Numbered from the stretch's first letter, positions 28,834 to 39,355 are shown. The stretch: DNA of 64,000 nucleotides from Gloeobacterales cyanobacterium (GCA_038245785.1 JBBRSB010000001.1:224001-288000), one strand, 5' to 3'. The notes: a model not told the origin generated them from the sequence alone. Made by a program: numbers and translations.

Positions 28834-29400
28834 ATGACCATTTCCACCGAAAAAAAGGTCTGGACAGACGCAGAGTTTATGGCGTTACCCAAGGATGGGC
28901 ATCGCTACGAGTTGGTGAATGGAGCGTTGGTGGATATGGGCAATTCGGGGATGGAGAATGGCTATATCGCTTGCATTTTGACCATCGTGCTGGGAGGGTA
29001 TATTCGAGTCAACAAACTTGGAGCCATTTGTGACTCCAGCACGGCATTTATACTCAAAACTGGAAATAAACGCTCTCCTGATTTTTCATTTATTGCGAAG
29101 AATCGCCTGAAGGGGTTGAGCCGTCCTCCCCGTGGTTTTTTCCAAGGCTCTCCTGACCTAGCCGTTGAAATCCTTTCGCCCAGCAACACGATCGAGGAAA
29201 TCCACGGAAAGATTGTGGAGTATTTTGACAATGATACTCGCCTAGTTTGGGTGATTCATCCCGACGAGAAGTATGTGCTGGTTTACCATTCACCGGAACC
29301 CGACCGCTTTCTACGCTCTGCGGATCATCTGGATGAGGAAGAGGTAGTACCGGGTTTTTCGATGGCGGTTGCAGAGTTATTTGAGCAATGGGATTTTTAG
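28834..29400 (+). CDS. Uma2 (DUF820) family endonuclease
   Basis: RYELVNG, RSPDFSF, PDLAVEILSPSN, VWVIHP. Confidence 0.92.
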   Translation: MTISTEKKVWTDAEFMALPKDGHRYELVNGALVDMGNSGMENGYIACILTIVLGGYIRVNKLGAICDSSTAFILKTGNKRSPDFSFIAKNRLKGLSRPPRGFFQGSPDLAVEILSPSNTIEEIHGKIVEYFDNDTRLVWVIHPDEKYVLVYHSPEPDRFLRSADHLDEEEVVPGFSMAVAELFEQWDF

Positions 29401-29771
29401 ATCTGCTCCCTATAGAAAGCTTAGTCAAAGATCAGCAGGAGCGTTACTACCAGACCCTGGAAGAAGCTGACCAAGAGGCCAGCAGCAAAGTTTTCATTGA
29501 GTTCATGCTAGGCATCATCGATAATGTATTAACTCAGAACAGCGAAACAATCCAAGCCACCGACCAAGTTAGCGACCAAGTTAAGAGACTTTTAGATGTC
29601 ATGGATAATCAGTACTGGAGCGCCCAAGAACTGATGGAGAAACTTTCACTTTCCCACATGCCAACGTTTCGTAAAAACTATCTCAACCCTGCGTTGAAAG
29701 CGGAACTACTGCTGATGCAATACTTGGATAAGCCTCGCAGTCCAAAACAAAGGTATAAAAAAGTAAGGTAG
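29400..29771 (+). pseudogene. Fic-family protein, C-terminal fragment with HTH
   Basis: LPIESLVKDQQERYYQTL..FIEFML..FRKNYLNPAL..PRSPKQRY; lacks the HPFxDGNGR core. Confidence 0.7.
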
Positions 29772-29847
29772 TGTTTACATCTGGGCGTTTCAGCAGTCAC
29801 ATATTCGTTCTGGTAAACTGAAGGCATTGATTGGGCTAAGTTGACCT

Positions 29848-30474
29848 ATGGCCATTGCAACCGACCGACCAATCCAACAGAAGCTACTCAGCTTTGACGA
29901 GTTTCTCGCGCGTTATGGTGGCGAAAACCGCTATGAACTGATTGATGGAGAGGTTTTCGACTTGGAACCAACAGGCCAGCATGAGGAAGTTGCAGCCTTC
30001 GTTACCACAAAGGTCTGTGTCCAGATCGACGGAATAGGTCTGCCTTGGTTTGTCCTTCAGCGTGGAATATTGCGCCCTTCTAACAGTGGTATGACAGCAT
30101 TTCGACCTGATGTTGCAGTTGTCAATCGAGATGAACTTACCAAAGAACTGCTTTGGTCTGACCAGTCAATCCTGACGCTGGGCAGTTCGATTAAATTTGT
30201 GGCAGAAGTTGTGAGTAGCAACTGGCAAAATGATTATGCTCGCAAGGTCGAAGACTACGCGGCCTTAGGCATTCCTGAATATTGGATTGCAGACTATGCA
30301 GGATTAGGTGGTACTCGACACATTGGGAAGCCCAAACAACCCACCCTCTCTATCTGTACGCTAGTGGATGGAGAGTATGAAATTCAGCAGTTTCAAGGCA
30401 ATCAGACCATCGTCTCTCCAACCTTCCCAGAGTTAAAACTGACGGCTGAACAGGTGTTGAGGGCTGGGAAGTAA
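29848..30474 (+). CDS. Uma2 (DUF820) family endonuclease
   Basis: RYELIDG, FRPDVAV, AEVVSSNWQNDY, GIPEYWIAD. Confidence 0.92.
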   Translation: MAIATDRPIQQKLLSFDEFLARYGGENRYELIDGEVFDLEPTGQHEEVAAFVTTKVCVQIDGIGLPWFVLQRGILRPSNSGMTAFRPDVAVVNRDELTKELLWSDQSILTLGSSIKFVAEVVSSNWQNDYARKVEDYAALGIPEYWIADYAGLGGTRHIGKPKQPTLSICTLVDGEYEIQQFQGNQTIVSPTFPELKLTAEQVLRAGK

Positions 30475-30637
30475 AATCGCCATGATTCGACTTAGCTGGT
30501 TGCCACTGTTATGGGAGGCAGTTTTATCCCCTTCAAAAGTTATTGCCAACGAGATTATAAAGGAAATAATGTTGCCTAACCTATGGTTCTTCAGTGCAGC
30601 AGACAAAAAGGCGAAAATCAACCCTTCCCTTGTCCAG

Positions 30638-30744
30638 GCGATCGCCATCTAGCGTTGAACTACAGCCAACAACAGTAACTGCTACGCTGCGATTACGGGC
30701 GATCGTATTTTTGGGTGTGGGGTTGCATAGGCGATTGCGATCGT
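30638..30744. repeat. ~100-bp HIP1-bounded direct repeat, copy 1
   Basis: GCGATCGCCATCTAGCG...AACAACAG.AACTGCTACG.TGCGAT...ATTTTTGGGTGTGG...TAGGCGATTGCGAT, repeated at 31666-31760. Confidence 0.85.
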
Positions 30745-31621
30745 CAAGAATGCGATTTTAGCCAGTTCACCAAATCATTCAGTTCCGAGAAATCCAGTAA
30801 TGCCTCACCCAGGGACTCAAGTTGGGTAAGGGATAGGGCTTGAACCTGCGATTGTAGTTCTGAAGACACATCGCCAATGCGGCGCGTTAGAAGACGGAGG
30901 ATCAGAGATTGCTCTCCCTCAAGTTTGCCCTTAAGCAGGCCAGCCTGCTCACCTTCTTGACGACCTTCCTGCAAAGCGTCTTGATAGACTCTGGTTTGTT
31001 TGAGTTCGCTTAAGCCCAGCATTTCTTCAATCGCCTCCCGACTCAGTTTTGGGAATTTGTAGACAATCACCGTCTCTATCAGTTCCATTATCGCTGCAAA
31101 CTGGGGTTCCGTGGAAGACCTCTGCCGGACTCTGGCTAACAAATCTTTAGCCTGGGCGATCGCCTCTTTTTGTTTCATTACAATAAGACGCATCAACCCT
31201 AGACCTACTGAATCACCAGACTCCGCTGGGAGCTCGTTCAGATAAATCCGATAAACTTGGTCACTGCCAAGGAGGTTGCGGAACAATCTGGTTTCGAGAG
31301 GTTCTGCTGAAGGGCGAGGAAATATAACGACTGCCCTCCAATCAAAAGTCTGGGGGTGTAATTTTAAGAATAGATGAATTTCTGCCATGAATCGGTGATA
31401 AAAAACCGGATCATGCTGAAACTGCACTTCCAAAAAAATAACTGTTTGGTCTGCTGTATCAGGCTTGGGAAGAAAAACTCCGTCGAGACGGAAAGCCAAC
31501 TGTTTTACTTCGACGGACTCAAACTGAAGCCTTGAGCTAAGTCAGGCGATTGTCCCAGAAGCTCAAATAAGATGCCAGGAGCAGCCTGAAATACTCTGTA
31601 AAAAATAGAATCAGTTTTCAC
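30744..31621 (-). pseudogene. Rpn-family (DUF2887/DUF4351) nuclease, frameshifted
   Basis: GTG at 31621 gives MKTDSIFYRVFQAAPGILFELLG; a 1-bp loss near 31528 precedes QFESVEVKQLAFRLDG...EVQFQ; total length 878 nt. Confidence 0.85.
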
Positions 31622-31665
31622 GAGATGCGATTACAACGCTAAGTTTTTGTAATCTTACTGGAAAA

Positions 31666-31760
31666 GCGATCGCCATCTAGCGGAACAACAGCAACTGCTA
31701 CGATGCGATGACAGACAAGCGCATTTTTGGGTGTGGATTTGTATAGGCGATCGCGATTGT
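31666..31760. repeat. ~100-bp HIP1-bounded direct repeat, copy 2
   Basis: Homologous to 30638-30744; GCGATCGC at 31666 and 31747. Confidence 0.85.
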
Positions 31761-32007
31761 TTTTCAATCACACATTGGCACAGAGATTGATTAACAGAAA
31801 AATATCTGAAAATAAAAGATAAACTTTTGGCTAATGTAACCAAACCATTGTACTGAGCAACATGGGATACCTTAAAAAGCCGTAACAAGTGCTTGCAACT
31901 CAAAAGCCATTACACCCACCCGGTATAAGTTGATGCTGATATGAGGCACAGAGCACGGGACAATGGCCCCGGCAGTGATAACCTGAGTCAAGCTCCGTGA
32001 TTTCCTC

Positions 32008-33411
32008 ATGAAAATTCTTTTTGTTGCCTGTGAAGTCGCTCCTTTTGTAAAAGTAGGAGGGATGGGAGATGTTGTCGGGTCGCTTCCTAAAGCGCTGGCT
32101 GCGCTGGGCCATGATGTGCGGATCATGGCGCCCCGTTTGCATAACACTCCGATTCCAGGAAATGCGATCCAGCACTGGTGGGCTTGGGGACACGATCAGC
32201 CTTTTAGCTGTTATGAAACGACCTTGCCTGGAACTCCTACTGTTCCCCTTTACTGGCTGGATAATCCCTCGATCACCCGCGATTATATGTATGGCTATCG
32301 GGATGATGCCGAGCGTTTTATTCTGTTTTGTCGGGGTGCGATAGACCTGTGGGCTCGTCTTGGCTGGACGCCGGATGTATACCATTGCCATGACTGGCAT
32401 ACGGCGATTATTCCCTGGCTTTCTTATTCCCTGGGCAATCAACACACCAAATCCATTGTCACGATTCATAATCTGGCCTATCAGGGCTGGTGTGACCGAG
32501 GAATTTTAGATCGGGTTGGGATGCATGGTTGGGGATTTCCTCCCTCGAATCCTGTACTGCTCTTACCTCTGGGATGCTGGTGGGCTCAAGCCATTAGTGT
32601 CGTTTCTCCCACCTATGCTCAAGAAATTCAGACGCCTGCCTATGGCGAAAAACTAGACGCCTTCATGCGCAGTGAGCAATATAAGCTCCACGGCATTCTC
32701 AATGGCATTGATACGGAAACCTATAATCCCGCTACAGACAAGGATATCCCTGTTCAATATGAGGCTAAAACAGCGGTGAAGGGCAAGGCCGCCAATAAAA
32801 AAGCACTCCTCGAACGCTGTGGTTGGAGCTCGTCTGAAGAGGATGACCGACCTTTATTTGCGATGGTCACTCGATTGGTAGAGCAAAAAGGATTAGACCT
32901 GCTTTTGCCAATTCTGGATACCTGGCTGACATTTGGAACGGGCAAGTTCTTTCTCTTGGGCACGGGAGACCCACACTATGAGTTTCAGCTACAGGCGATT
33001 GCCAACCGTCATCCCGCAAGATTTTATTTCTACAGAGGCTACAGTGCGAACCTTGCCCAATTGGCCTACGCTGGTGGAGATATTTTGCTGATGCCTAGCC
33101 ACTTTGAACCCTGTGGTCTAAGTCAGATTATTGCTTTGCGCTATGGCTGTATCCCCTTGGTCCGCTTCACGGGTGGCTTGAAAGATACGGTGACCTATCA
33201 TGACCCAGCTAATGAAACAGGTACAGGCTATGGATTTGATTGGTATGAGAGTACCTCTCTGCTGACGACTATTTTCAAAGCGGAAGAAGGCTATCGGCAC
33301 AAAGATGCCTGGAACAAGCTTGTGCAGCGAGCGATGGCCCAGGATTTCAGTTGGGAAAAGTCGGCCAAAGAGTATGAAGCTCTATACGAAAAAGTGACTC
33401 ATGCCTTTTAA
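32008..33411 (+). CDS. glgA: Glycogen synthase
   Basis: KVGGMGDV, HCHDWHT, TIHNLAYQG, MPSHFEPCGL. Confidence 0.96.
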   Translation: MKILFVACEVAPFVKVGGMGDVVGSLPKALAALGHDVRIMAPRLHNTPIPGNAIQHWWAWGHDQPFSCYETTLPGTPTVPLYWLDNPSITRDYMYGYRDDAERFILFCRGAIDLWARLGWTPDVYHCHDWHTAIIPWLSYSLGNQHTKSIVTIHNLAYQGWCDRGILDRVGMHGWGFPPSNPVLLLPLGCWWAQAISVVSPTYAQEIQTPAYGEKLDAFMRSEQYKLHGILNGIDTETYNPATDKDIPVQYEAKTAVKGKAANKKALLERCGWSSSEEDDRPLFAMVTRLVEQKGLDLLLPILDTWLTFGTGKFFLLGTGDPHYEFQLQAIANRHPARFYFYRGYSANLAQLAYAGGDILLMPSHFEPCGLSQIIALRYGCIPLVRFTGGLKDTVTYHDPANETGTGYGFDWYESTSLLTTIFKAEEGYRHKDAWNKLVQRAMAQDFSWEKSAKEYEALYEKVTHAF

Positions 33412-33439
33412 TGTGGATATAAGTACACAACCATAATTC

Positions 33440-33976
33440 ATGCCCAGTGGCCGCACCCATGACCGTATTACCTGGTGGACCTTCCCCTTAACCTTGGGAG
33501 GGACTTGGTGGCTGAGTGGCCGCTGGGATGTCACGAGCGCGGTTGGAGCTAGTTATCTATTTAGTGGCCTGATGTTTGGCCCTGATCTCGATACTCGTTC
33601 GGTGCAAATTCGCCGTTGGGGTCTGCTGCGCTGGATTTGGTGGCCCTACCGTCGTTTTGTCCCCCATCGTTCTCGGCTTTCCCATGGGGTGCTTGTTGGG
33701 ACGTTTCTGCGCTTGGTCTATTTAACGGTTGTTTTCTGTGCGCTAGCTGGTCTAGTGGCCTATGGGCTTCAGCAGTATGGCGGTGTTTCTGTAGTCAAAG
33801 AACTAGAAGTGACCTATCCCATGCTGACCAAACAGACCGCTCGCTGGGAGTGGAAGTTTGTTCTCTGGATTCTCTTAGGGCTAGAGTTGGGAGCGATCAG
33901 CCATATCATCGCTGATACCCTCGTCTCTGCGGTGAAACGGCAGCGCAAAAGGTTCAAACCATCTCGCAGGCGATAA
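33440..33976 (+). CDS. DUF2227 putative metal-binding membrane protein
   Basis: MPSGRTHDRIT, FGPDLD, PHRSRLSHG, SHIIAD. Confidence 0.88.
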   Translation: MPSGRTHDRITWWTFPLTLGGTWWLSGRWDVTSAVGASYLFSGLMFGPDLDTRSVQIRRWGLLRWIWWPYRRFVPHRSRLSHGVLVGTFLRLVYLTVVFCALAGLVAYGLQQYGGVSVVKELEVTYPMLTKQTARWEWKFVLWILLGLELGAISHIIADTLVSAVKRQRKRFKPSRRR

Positions 33977-34049
33977 ATAAGGCTTTTGGCAGAAAAAAAT
34001 AGACTGCTTTTTGACTATGCTGGGAATAAGAACCCCCTTTACGAAGGCT

Positions 34050-35249
34050 ATGACGGTACCTATTTTTTATAAGCGCGTTCTCCTGGGCCTCAGCCTGGTA
34101 GCTCTTACCGCTTGTAGCAATCTGCAAATTCCCCAACTGACAACGCCAGAAAAGCCTGCCTCTCCAGAAGCAGAGGCCAACCGACAGGCTCCTGCTCCAG
34201 CCCCCAGCCCTTATGCTACTAATAGCGTAACTCGGACCTTGGGGACTGATTTCATTGCGGATGCTGCTGAAAAAGTTAGCCCTAGCGTCGTATCTATCAA
34301 AGTGGAGAGCGTCATTGCAGAAACGCCTCAAGATGAGCGCTACCGACAATATATTGAAGAATTCTTTGGTGCGCGGGTGACTCCTCGACGGGAAATTCAA
34401 CGAGGGGAAGGCTCAGGTTTCATCATTAACGCGGATGGCACTATTCTGACCAATGCCCACGTAGTTGCCAACGCCCAGAAAGTGCAAGTGCTGCTGAATG
34501 ACGACCGTACTTTCCCAGGACGGGTGCTAGGGGTGGATAAGGTGACGGATGTAGCTGTGGTGAAAGTTGATGCGCCTTCTCCTTTGCCCGCAGTTCAACT
34601 GGGAGATTCTAAGAGTTTGCGCCCTGGTCAGTTCGTGGTGGCTTTGGGTAGCCCTTTAGGTTTTGAGAATACGGTCACCTCAGGGATTGTCAGTGCCCTG
34701 AGTCGTCCTAGTGCTCGGCTCGGTATCGCCGATGGCAAGGTGGATTTTATTCAGACCGATGCCGCGATTAATCCAGGCAACTCTGGCGGGCCTCTCATCG
34801 ATACCCAAGGCCGAGTGATTGGTATGAATACAGCGATTATTCAAGGGGCTCAGGGCTTAGGCTTTGCGATTCCGATTGACTTAGCAAAAGACATTAGTGC
34901 GCAGCTCGTCAAACAAGGTAAAGTATCCCGCGCTTTTATTGGAGTGAAGATGATTACCCTCTCACCAGAAGTGCTCCAAGCTTTGCAACAGCGTGGCGTT
35001 TCTTTGAGTGCTACCACGGGAGTCCTCATCCAAGAAGTCTTGCCCGATTCTCCCGCGCAGAAAGCAGGACTGGAACCTGGAGATGTGGTGGTGAAAGTGG
35101 GAGATGCCACGGTCAAGGATGGGACTGAGGTTCAAGCTGCTATTGACAAGGCAAAACCAGGTCAAACTATTGCTTTCACCGTAAACCGCCAAGGCACCCT
35201 GACGCCAATCCCAGTCCGCACCGAAGCTTTGACAAACCAAGCAGCGTAG
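34050..35249 (+). CDS. HtrA/HhoA-type serine protease with PDZ domain; lipoprotein-like signal
   Basis: GSGFI, TNAHVV, IQTDAAINPGNSGGPL, one PDZ domain; LTAC lipobox. Confidence 0.93.
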   Translation: MTVPIFYKRVLLGLSLVALTACSNLQIPQLTTPEKPASPEAEANRQAPAPAPSPYATNSVTRTLGTDFIADAAEKVSPSVVSIKVESVIAETPQDERYRQYIEEFFGARVTPRREIQRGEGSGFIINADGTILTNAHVVANAQKVQVLLNDDRTFPGRVLGVDKVTDVAVVKVDAPSPLPAVQLGDSKSLRPGQFVVALGSPLGFENTVTSGIVSALSRPSARLGIADGKVDFIQTDAAINPGNSGGPLIDTQGRVIGMNTAIIQGAQGLGFAIPIDLAKDISAQLVKQGKVSRAFIGVKMITLSPEVLQALQQRGVSLSATTGVLIQEVLPDSPAQKAGLEPGDVVVKVGDATVKDGTEVQAAIDKAKPGQTIAFTVNRQGTLTPIPVRTEALTNQAA

Positions 35250-35309
35250 TGAGCGCATCGACATTTACAGACTTGGGCAGCAGTGCCACCCTTCCGCCAA
35301 GTGAGTGCA

Positions 35310-36230
35310 ATGTTGGAAGCCCAGAGCGTCAAAGAAAAAGCCCATAGCTTGGGATTTCACCAAGTAGGGATTGCCAATGCGCGAATACCTTTGGAACGAA
35401 CAGAAGATCTGAAAAGCTGGCTAGAGCAGGGCTATCAAGCCGATATGGCCTGGATGGAAGACCCTCGTCGTCAAGATATTCAGCAAGTTTTGCCCGGTGT
35501 CCAGTCGGTGATTGTGACTGCACTTTCCTATTACACAGAGGAGGCTGCCCCTACCGGAACCGCCAAGATTTCTCGCTATGCATGGGGGCGGGACTATCAC
35601 AAAGTCCTGGGGGGTAAACTCAAAGCCCTCAGTCGTTGGCTGCAAGAAGAGTCTCCAGACCATCAACACCGCTGGTATGTGGATACAGGACCGATTCCAG
35701 AAAAAGCCTGGGCTGAACGAGCAGGATTGGGTTGGTTAGGGAAAAATACGCTGCTGTTGAGCCGTGATTTTGGCTCCTATGTCTTTCTTGGGGTGGTGTT
35801 AACGACCTTGCCCTTAGCCGCTGATGCTCCAACTACGGCTCATTGCGGCACCTGTACTCGCTGTCTGGATAGTTGTCCGACGGGCGCTTTTCCCCAGTCT
35901 GGTGTCTTGGATAGCAATCGTTGTATCGCCTATCACACCATTGAGAACCGCAGTGAAACCTTGCCAACTGACCTTCCTCTGATGGATTGGGTAGTCGGCT
36001 GTGACCTCTGCCAAAGTGTATGTCCTTACAATCAAAAGCTTTCAACACAAGAGATTCCTGCCGATTTTCTTCCTAGAGAAGGCGTTCTCACTGCTAGCTT
36101 GGAAGCGCTGTCCACGCTGGATGATGACGCATTTGACCAATGGAGTAGAGGAATGGCGTTACGTCGAGTCAAAGCCAAAGGACTGCGTCGCAATGCGCTA
36201 CATGCCTTGCATCGTCGCAATCGCTGGTAA
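35310..36230 (+). CDS. queG: Epoxyqueuosine reductase
   Basis: SRYAWGRDYH, VDTGP, CGTCTRCLDSCPT, GCDLCQSVCPYN. Confidence 0.95.
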   Translation: MLEAQSVKEKAHSLGFHQVGIANARIPLERTEDLKSWLEQGYQADMAWMEDPRRQDIQQVLPGVQSVIVTALSYYTEEAAPTGTAKISRYAWGRDYHKVLGGKLKALSRWLQEESPDHQHRWYVDTGPIPEKAWAERAGLGWLGKNTLLLSRDFGSYVFLGVVLTTLPLAADAPTTAHCGTCTRCLDSCPTGAFPQSGVLDSNRCIAYHTIENRSETLPTDLPLMDWVVGCDLCQSVCPYNQKLSTQEIPADFLPREGVLTASLEALSTLDDDAFDQWSRGMALRRVKAKGLRRNALHALHRRNRW

Positions 36231-36266
36231 TGGTTTGGTAGAATTGGAGCCCAGCCAAGAGCGATC

Positions 36267-36827
36267 ATGACCCGTGAATCTCAGGCCACCACTCCATCTG
36301 TAGAACTGTTCTCGGCGGAAGAGCTAGAACGAACGCTCCGTAGATTGGCGCTCCAAGTTTTGGAAGACCTGGATGGTGTTCAAGATCTAGTCTTAATGGG
36401 CATTTATACCCGAGGGGTTCCTTTGGCTCATCGGATAGCTCGGTTTCTGGAAGAACAGGAAGGAGTGGCTCCGCCCGTTGGAGCTTTGGATGTAACTTTG
36501 TACCGAGATGACCTGCGGGAAATTGGAGTGCGGACGCCTGAGCGTACTCAACTCCCTGTAGACCTCCAAGGCAAAAAAGTGGTCCTTGTAGATGATGTGA
36601 TCTATAAGGGGCGTACAATTCGGGCGGCCTTAGATGCCCTGAATGACTACGGCAGACCGACTTCGATTCGGCTTTTAGTCCTGATTGACCGGGGCCACCG
36701 AGAATTGCCCATTCATCCCGACTACTGTGGCAAAGAAGTTCCTACGGCCCGTCATGAACAGGTCAAAGTTTTTCTGAAAGAGACGGATGACTTAGACCAA
36801 GCTGTGTTGATTGGTGGCAAGAGCTAG
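36267..36827 (+). CDS. pyrR: PyrR regulator / uracil phosphoribosyltransferase
   Basis: [34 protein letters not shown]. Confidence 0.95.
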   Translation: MTRESQATTPSVELFSAEELERTLRRLALQVLEDLDGVQDLVLMGIYTRGVPLAHRIARFLEEQEGVAPPVGALDVTLYRDDLREIGVRTPERTQLPVDLQGKKVVLVDDVIYKGRTIRAALDALNDYGRPTSIRLLVLIDRGHRELPIHPDYCGKEVPTARHEQVKVFLKETDDLDQAVLIGGKS

Positions 36828-36851
36828 ATAGCTTTTACAAAAGGAGACAAG

Positions 36852-37280
36852 GTGGATATTACTGGAACGTGGTGGATTTATGCTCTACTTTCAGCTTTTT
36901 TTGCTGCATTGACAACGATTTTTGCCAAAGTTGGAGTTCAAAATGTGGATTCCAACCTGGCCACTGCTATTCGTACAGTTGTCATTTTAGGAGTTGCCTG
37001 GGGTATTGTTTTTGCTCAAGGTAATGCTAAGTATCTTTTTGAAATTCCTCAAAAAACACTGCTTTTTCTCTTACTTTCCGGTTTTGCCACTGGTTTATCC
37101 TGGATTTTCTACTTCAAAGCATTACAAGAAGGAAAGGCATCGTTGGTTGCACCGATCGATAAAGCAAGCTTGGTATTGATTTTGCTATTTTCTGCTGCTT
37201 TCTTGGGGGAACCCTTAAACCTCAAATCTGTTTTAGGAACTGTTCTGATCATTGGAGGCACACTCGTAATAATTCTCTAA
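36852..37280 (+). CDS. EamA/DMT small transporter
   Basis: ALLSAFFAALTTIFAKVG, ATAIRT, VAPIDKAS. Confidence 0.9.
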   Translation: MDITGTWWIYALLSAFFAALTTIFAKVGVQNVDSNLATAIRTVVILGVAWGIVFAQGNAKYLFEIPQKTLLFLLLSGFATGLSWIFYFKALQEGKASLVAPIDKASLVLILLFSAAFLGEPLNLKSVLGTVLIIGGTLVIIL

Positions 37281-37528
37281 GTAGCTCAACGTCTACTCTA
37301 TGAGGAGGGGGAATAATGCGTGACGAGAGAAAAAAGTCACATACAGTAGCGTACTCACCTAAAAATCGTTCAATTCAATCAAAAGATTCTCCTATTTACT
37401 TTCTATCTCTGTTAACTATCCTCTTAGGTATGACCCTCTCCAGGGGCTTATCAAAGCTAGAAACGGTCGGTTTCTAATGGGTAAGAAATTTAAAGTCAAC
37501 TCAATCTGATTTTAGAAAGGAGTACCGC

Positions 37529-39355
37529 ATGGCCTCACTTGCATCCACTCGCGAAGCACCTGCTAGCCCACAGATCTTTCCTGGAACAAATGATCCTGCA
37601 TTCCCGAACGTGGGAGATCCAGCTCATCCTGAGATCTTCGAAGAAGAACTAAAAGTCCACACCATTCAAGGCAATGTGATTGATGGGGGCTTCAACAAAG
37701 ATTTCCAAACAGTGCTCTGTCTAAAGATTGATGATGTAAACAATTTCAAAATTTGGCTCAGAACGCAAATAGGCTGCATCTCGACAGCAGAGCAGGTGCT
37801 CACTTTCAATCGCCTATTCAAAGCGATTCGCAAGCTACGTGGTGAGCCCACTGGGTTAAAAGCAACGTGGGTCAATATCTCTTTTTCATTCACTGCCCTT
37901 CAGCTACTAGTGGGCTCAGAAGCAGACAAATTTGTCGATACCTCCTTCAAAGAAGGGCTAGCTGCTCGTGCAGAAACGCTAGGAGACCCTACCAGTCCTG
38001 ATGCAGAGGGCAATCCGCAGAATTGGGTTGTCGGAGGGTTAGATAATGAAGCTCACGTCCTGATGCTGGTTGCCAGCGATGATCATCACGATATGGTTAA
38101 TGAGGTTTATCGCATTGAAAACAGCCTGAAGATTCCGCCTATTTCGAACAGCGCTACCGTTATTTTTAAAGAAGAGGGAACTAACCTGCCCGCACCTTTA
38201 GGAGGGCATGAGCACTTTGGAACGCTTGACGGAGTCTCTCAGCCAGGCGTTCGAGGCCGCATTTCCCCAGTGCCAAATGATGTTTTAACCCCTAGACAGA
38301 ATCCAGAGAGAGTTGATAGTAGGGGAAATCGCACGCAAGGCAAACCTGGTCAGGATTTACTCTGGCCAGGTGAGTTTGTGTTTGGCTATCCTGAGCAGAA
38401 TAAGGATGCCGAAGAGCTCGAAGATAGCAAAGGTACCGTCAGAAAAGCTGTCGATATAGATCTTGCACAGCCTCACTGGACAGACAATGGCTCTTTGCTT
38501 GTGTTTCGGCGTCTACGTCAGGATGTTTTTAAGTTTCACTCCTTCCAGCAACAAACGGCACAGACTTTGCAAACTGATCCTCTTCTGGTCAGTGCCAAGC
38601 TTGTCGGGCGTTGGGAAAGCGGTGCTCCCACAGTACGGACTCCCGACCAGGACAATCCGGCGATGGGCGCTGATGATTGCGCCAATAATGACTTTGGATT
38701 CAATCGTGATCCTGCAACTCCAGACTCAGAAAGCAGTGTCATTGACTGTCAAGATAAGTTTCAAAGTGCACCTAAAGATGATGCAACCGGCAGTGATAAT
38801 GCTGCAACAGGAAAGCGTTGTCCATTCGCTGCTCATACGCGCAAGACTTATCCCCGAAACGATTTGACGCCTGGTGGTCTAGATGAGAATGGAGTTCCGA
38901 CTCCGGAGAGAGGCGAGGTTACTACCCAGACTCACCGGATGCTTCGTCGGGGTATTCCCTATGGTGAAGTATCTGCCTCAACGCCGAATAACCCTGTTGA
39001 AGACGAAGTTGACCGTGGCTTACACTTTCTGGCCTATCAGACCTCAATTACGAATCAATTTGAATTTGTCACTCGATTTTGGGTGAATAATCCAAACTTT
39101 AGCGAACCAGCCGCCGAAGGCCATGAGTGTACAAAAGACGGTGAGTCTGAATTACCCCTTGGGCATGATCCTGTAATCGGTCAAAGTAATGGGCCAAATG
39201 GCGATCGCTCACGGAGCTTTTTCATTAAGTTTAAAGACAATAATAGTCAGGAACGGTGTGAAAAATTCTTAGCTCCAGAGGATTGGGTCATTCCTACAGG
39301 GGGTGGTTATTTTTTCACTCCCTCTATTGATGCATTAAAAAATGTACTGACGTAA
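37529..39355 (+). CDS. Dye-decolorizing (DyP-type) peroxidase
   Basis: EHFGTLDGVSQP (GXXDG), VFRRLRQDV, CPFAAHTRKTYPR, MLRRGIPYG, GGGYFFTPS. Confidence 0.9.
   Translation: MASLASTREAPASPQIFPGTNDPAFPNVGDPAHPEIFEEELKVHTIQGNVIDGGFNKDFQTVLCLKIDDVNNFKIWLRTQIGCISTAEQVLTFNRLFKAIRKLRGEPTGLKATWVNISFSFTALQLLVGSEADKFVDTSFKEGLAARAETLGDPTSPDAEGNPQNWVVGGLDNEAHVLMLVASDDHHDMVNEVYRIENSLKIPPISNSATVIFKEEGTNLPAPLGGHEHFGTLDGVSQPGVRGRISPVPNDVLTPRQNPERVDSRGNRTQGKPGQDLLWPGEFVFGYPEQNKDAEELEDSKGTVRKAVDIDLAQPHWTDNGSLLVFRRLRQDVFKFHSFQQQTAQTLQTDPLLVSAKLVGRWESGAPTVRTPDQDNPAMGADDCANNDFGFNRDPATPDSESSVIDCQDKFQSAPKDDATGSDNAATGKRCPFAAHTRKTYPRNDLTPGGLDENGVPTPERGEVTTQTHRMLRRGIPYGEVSASTPNNPVEDEVDRGLHFLAYQTSITNQFEFVTRFWVNNPNFSEPAAEGHECTKDGESELPLGHDPVIGQSNGPNGDRSRSFFIKFKDNNSQERCEKFLAPEDWVIPTGGGYFFTPSIDALKNVLT

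Noticed and set aside
27969..31760. CRISPR array or classical integron
   Set aside because: Each repeat has only two copies separated by whole genes; no cas or intI gene and no clear attC R/L boxes.
37529..39355. DyP as encapsulin cargo
   Set aside because: No encapsulin gene nearby and no recognisable C-terminal targeting peptide.
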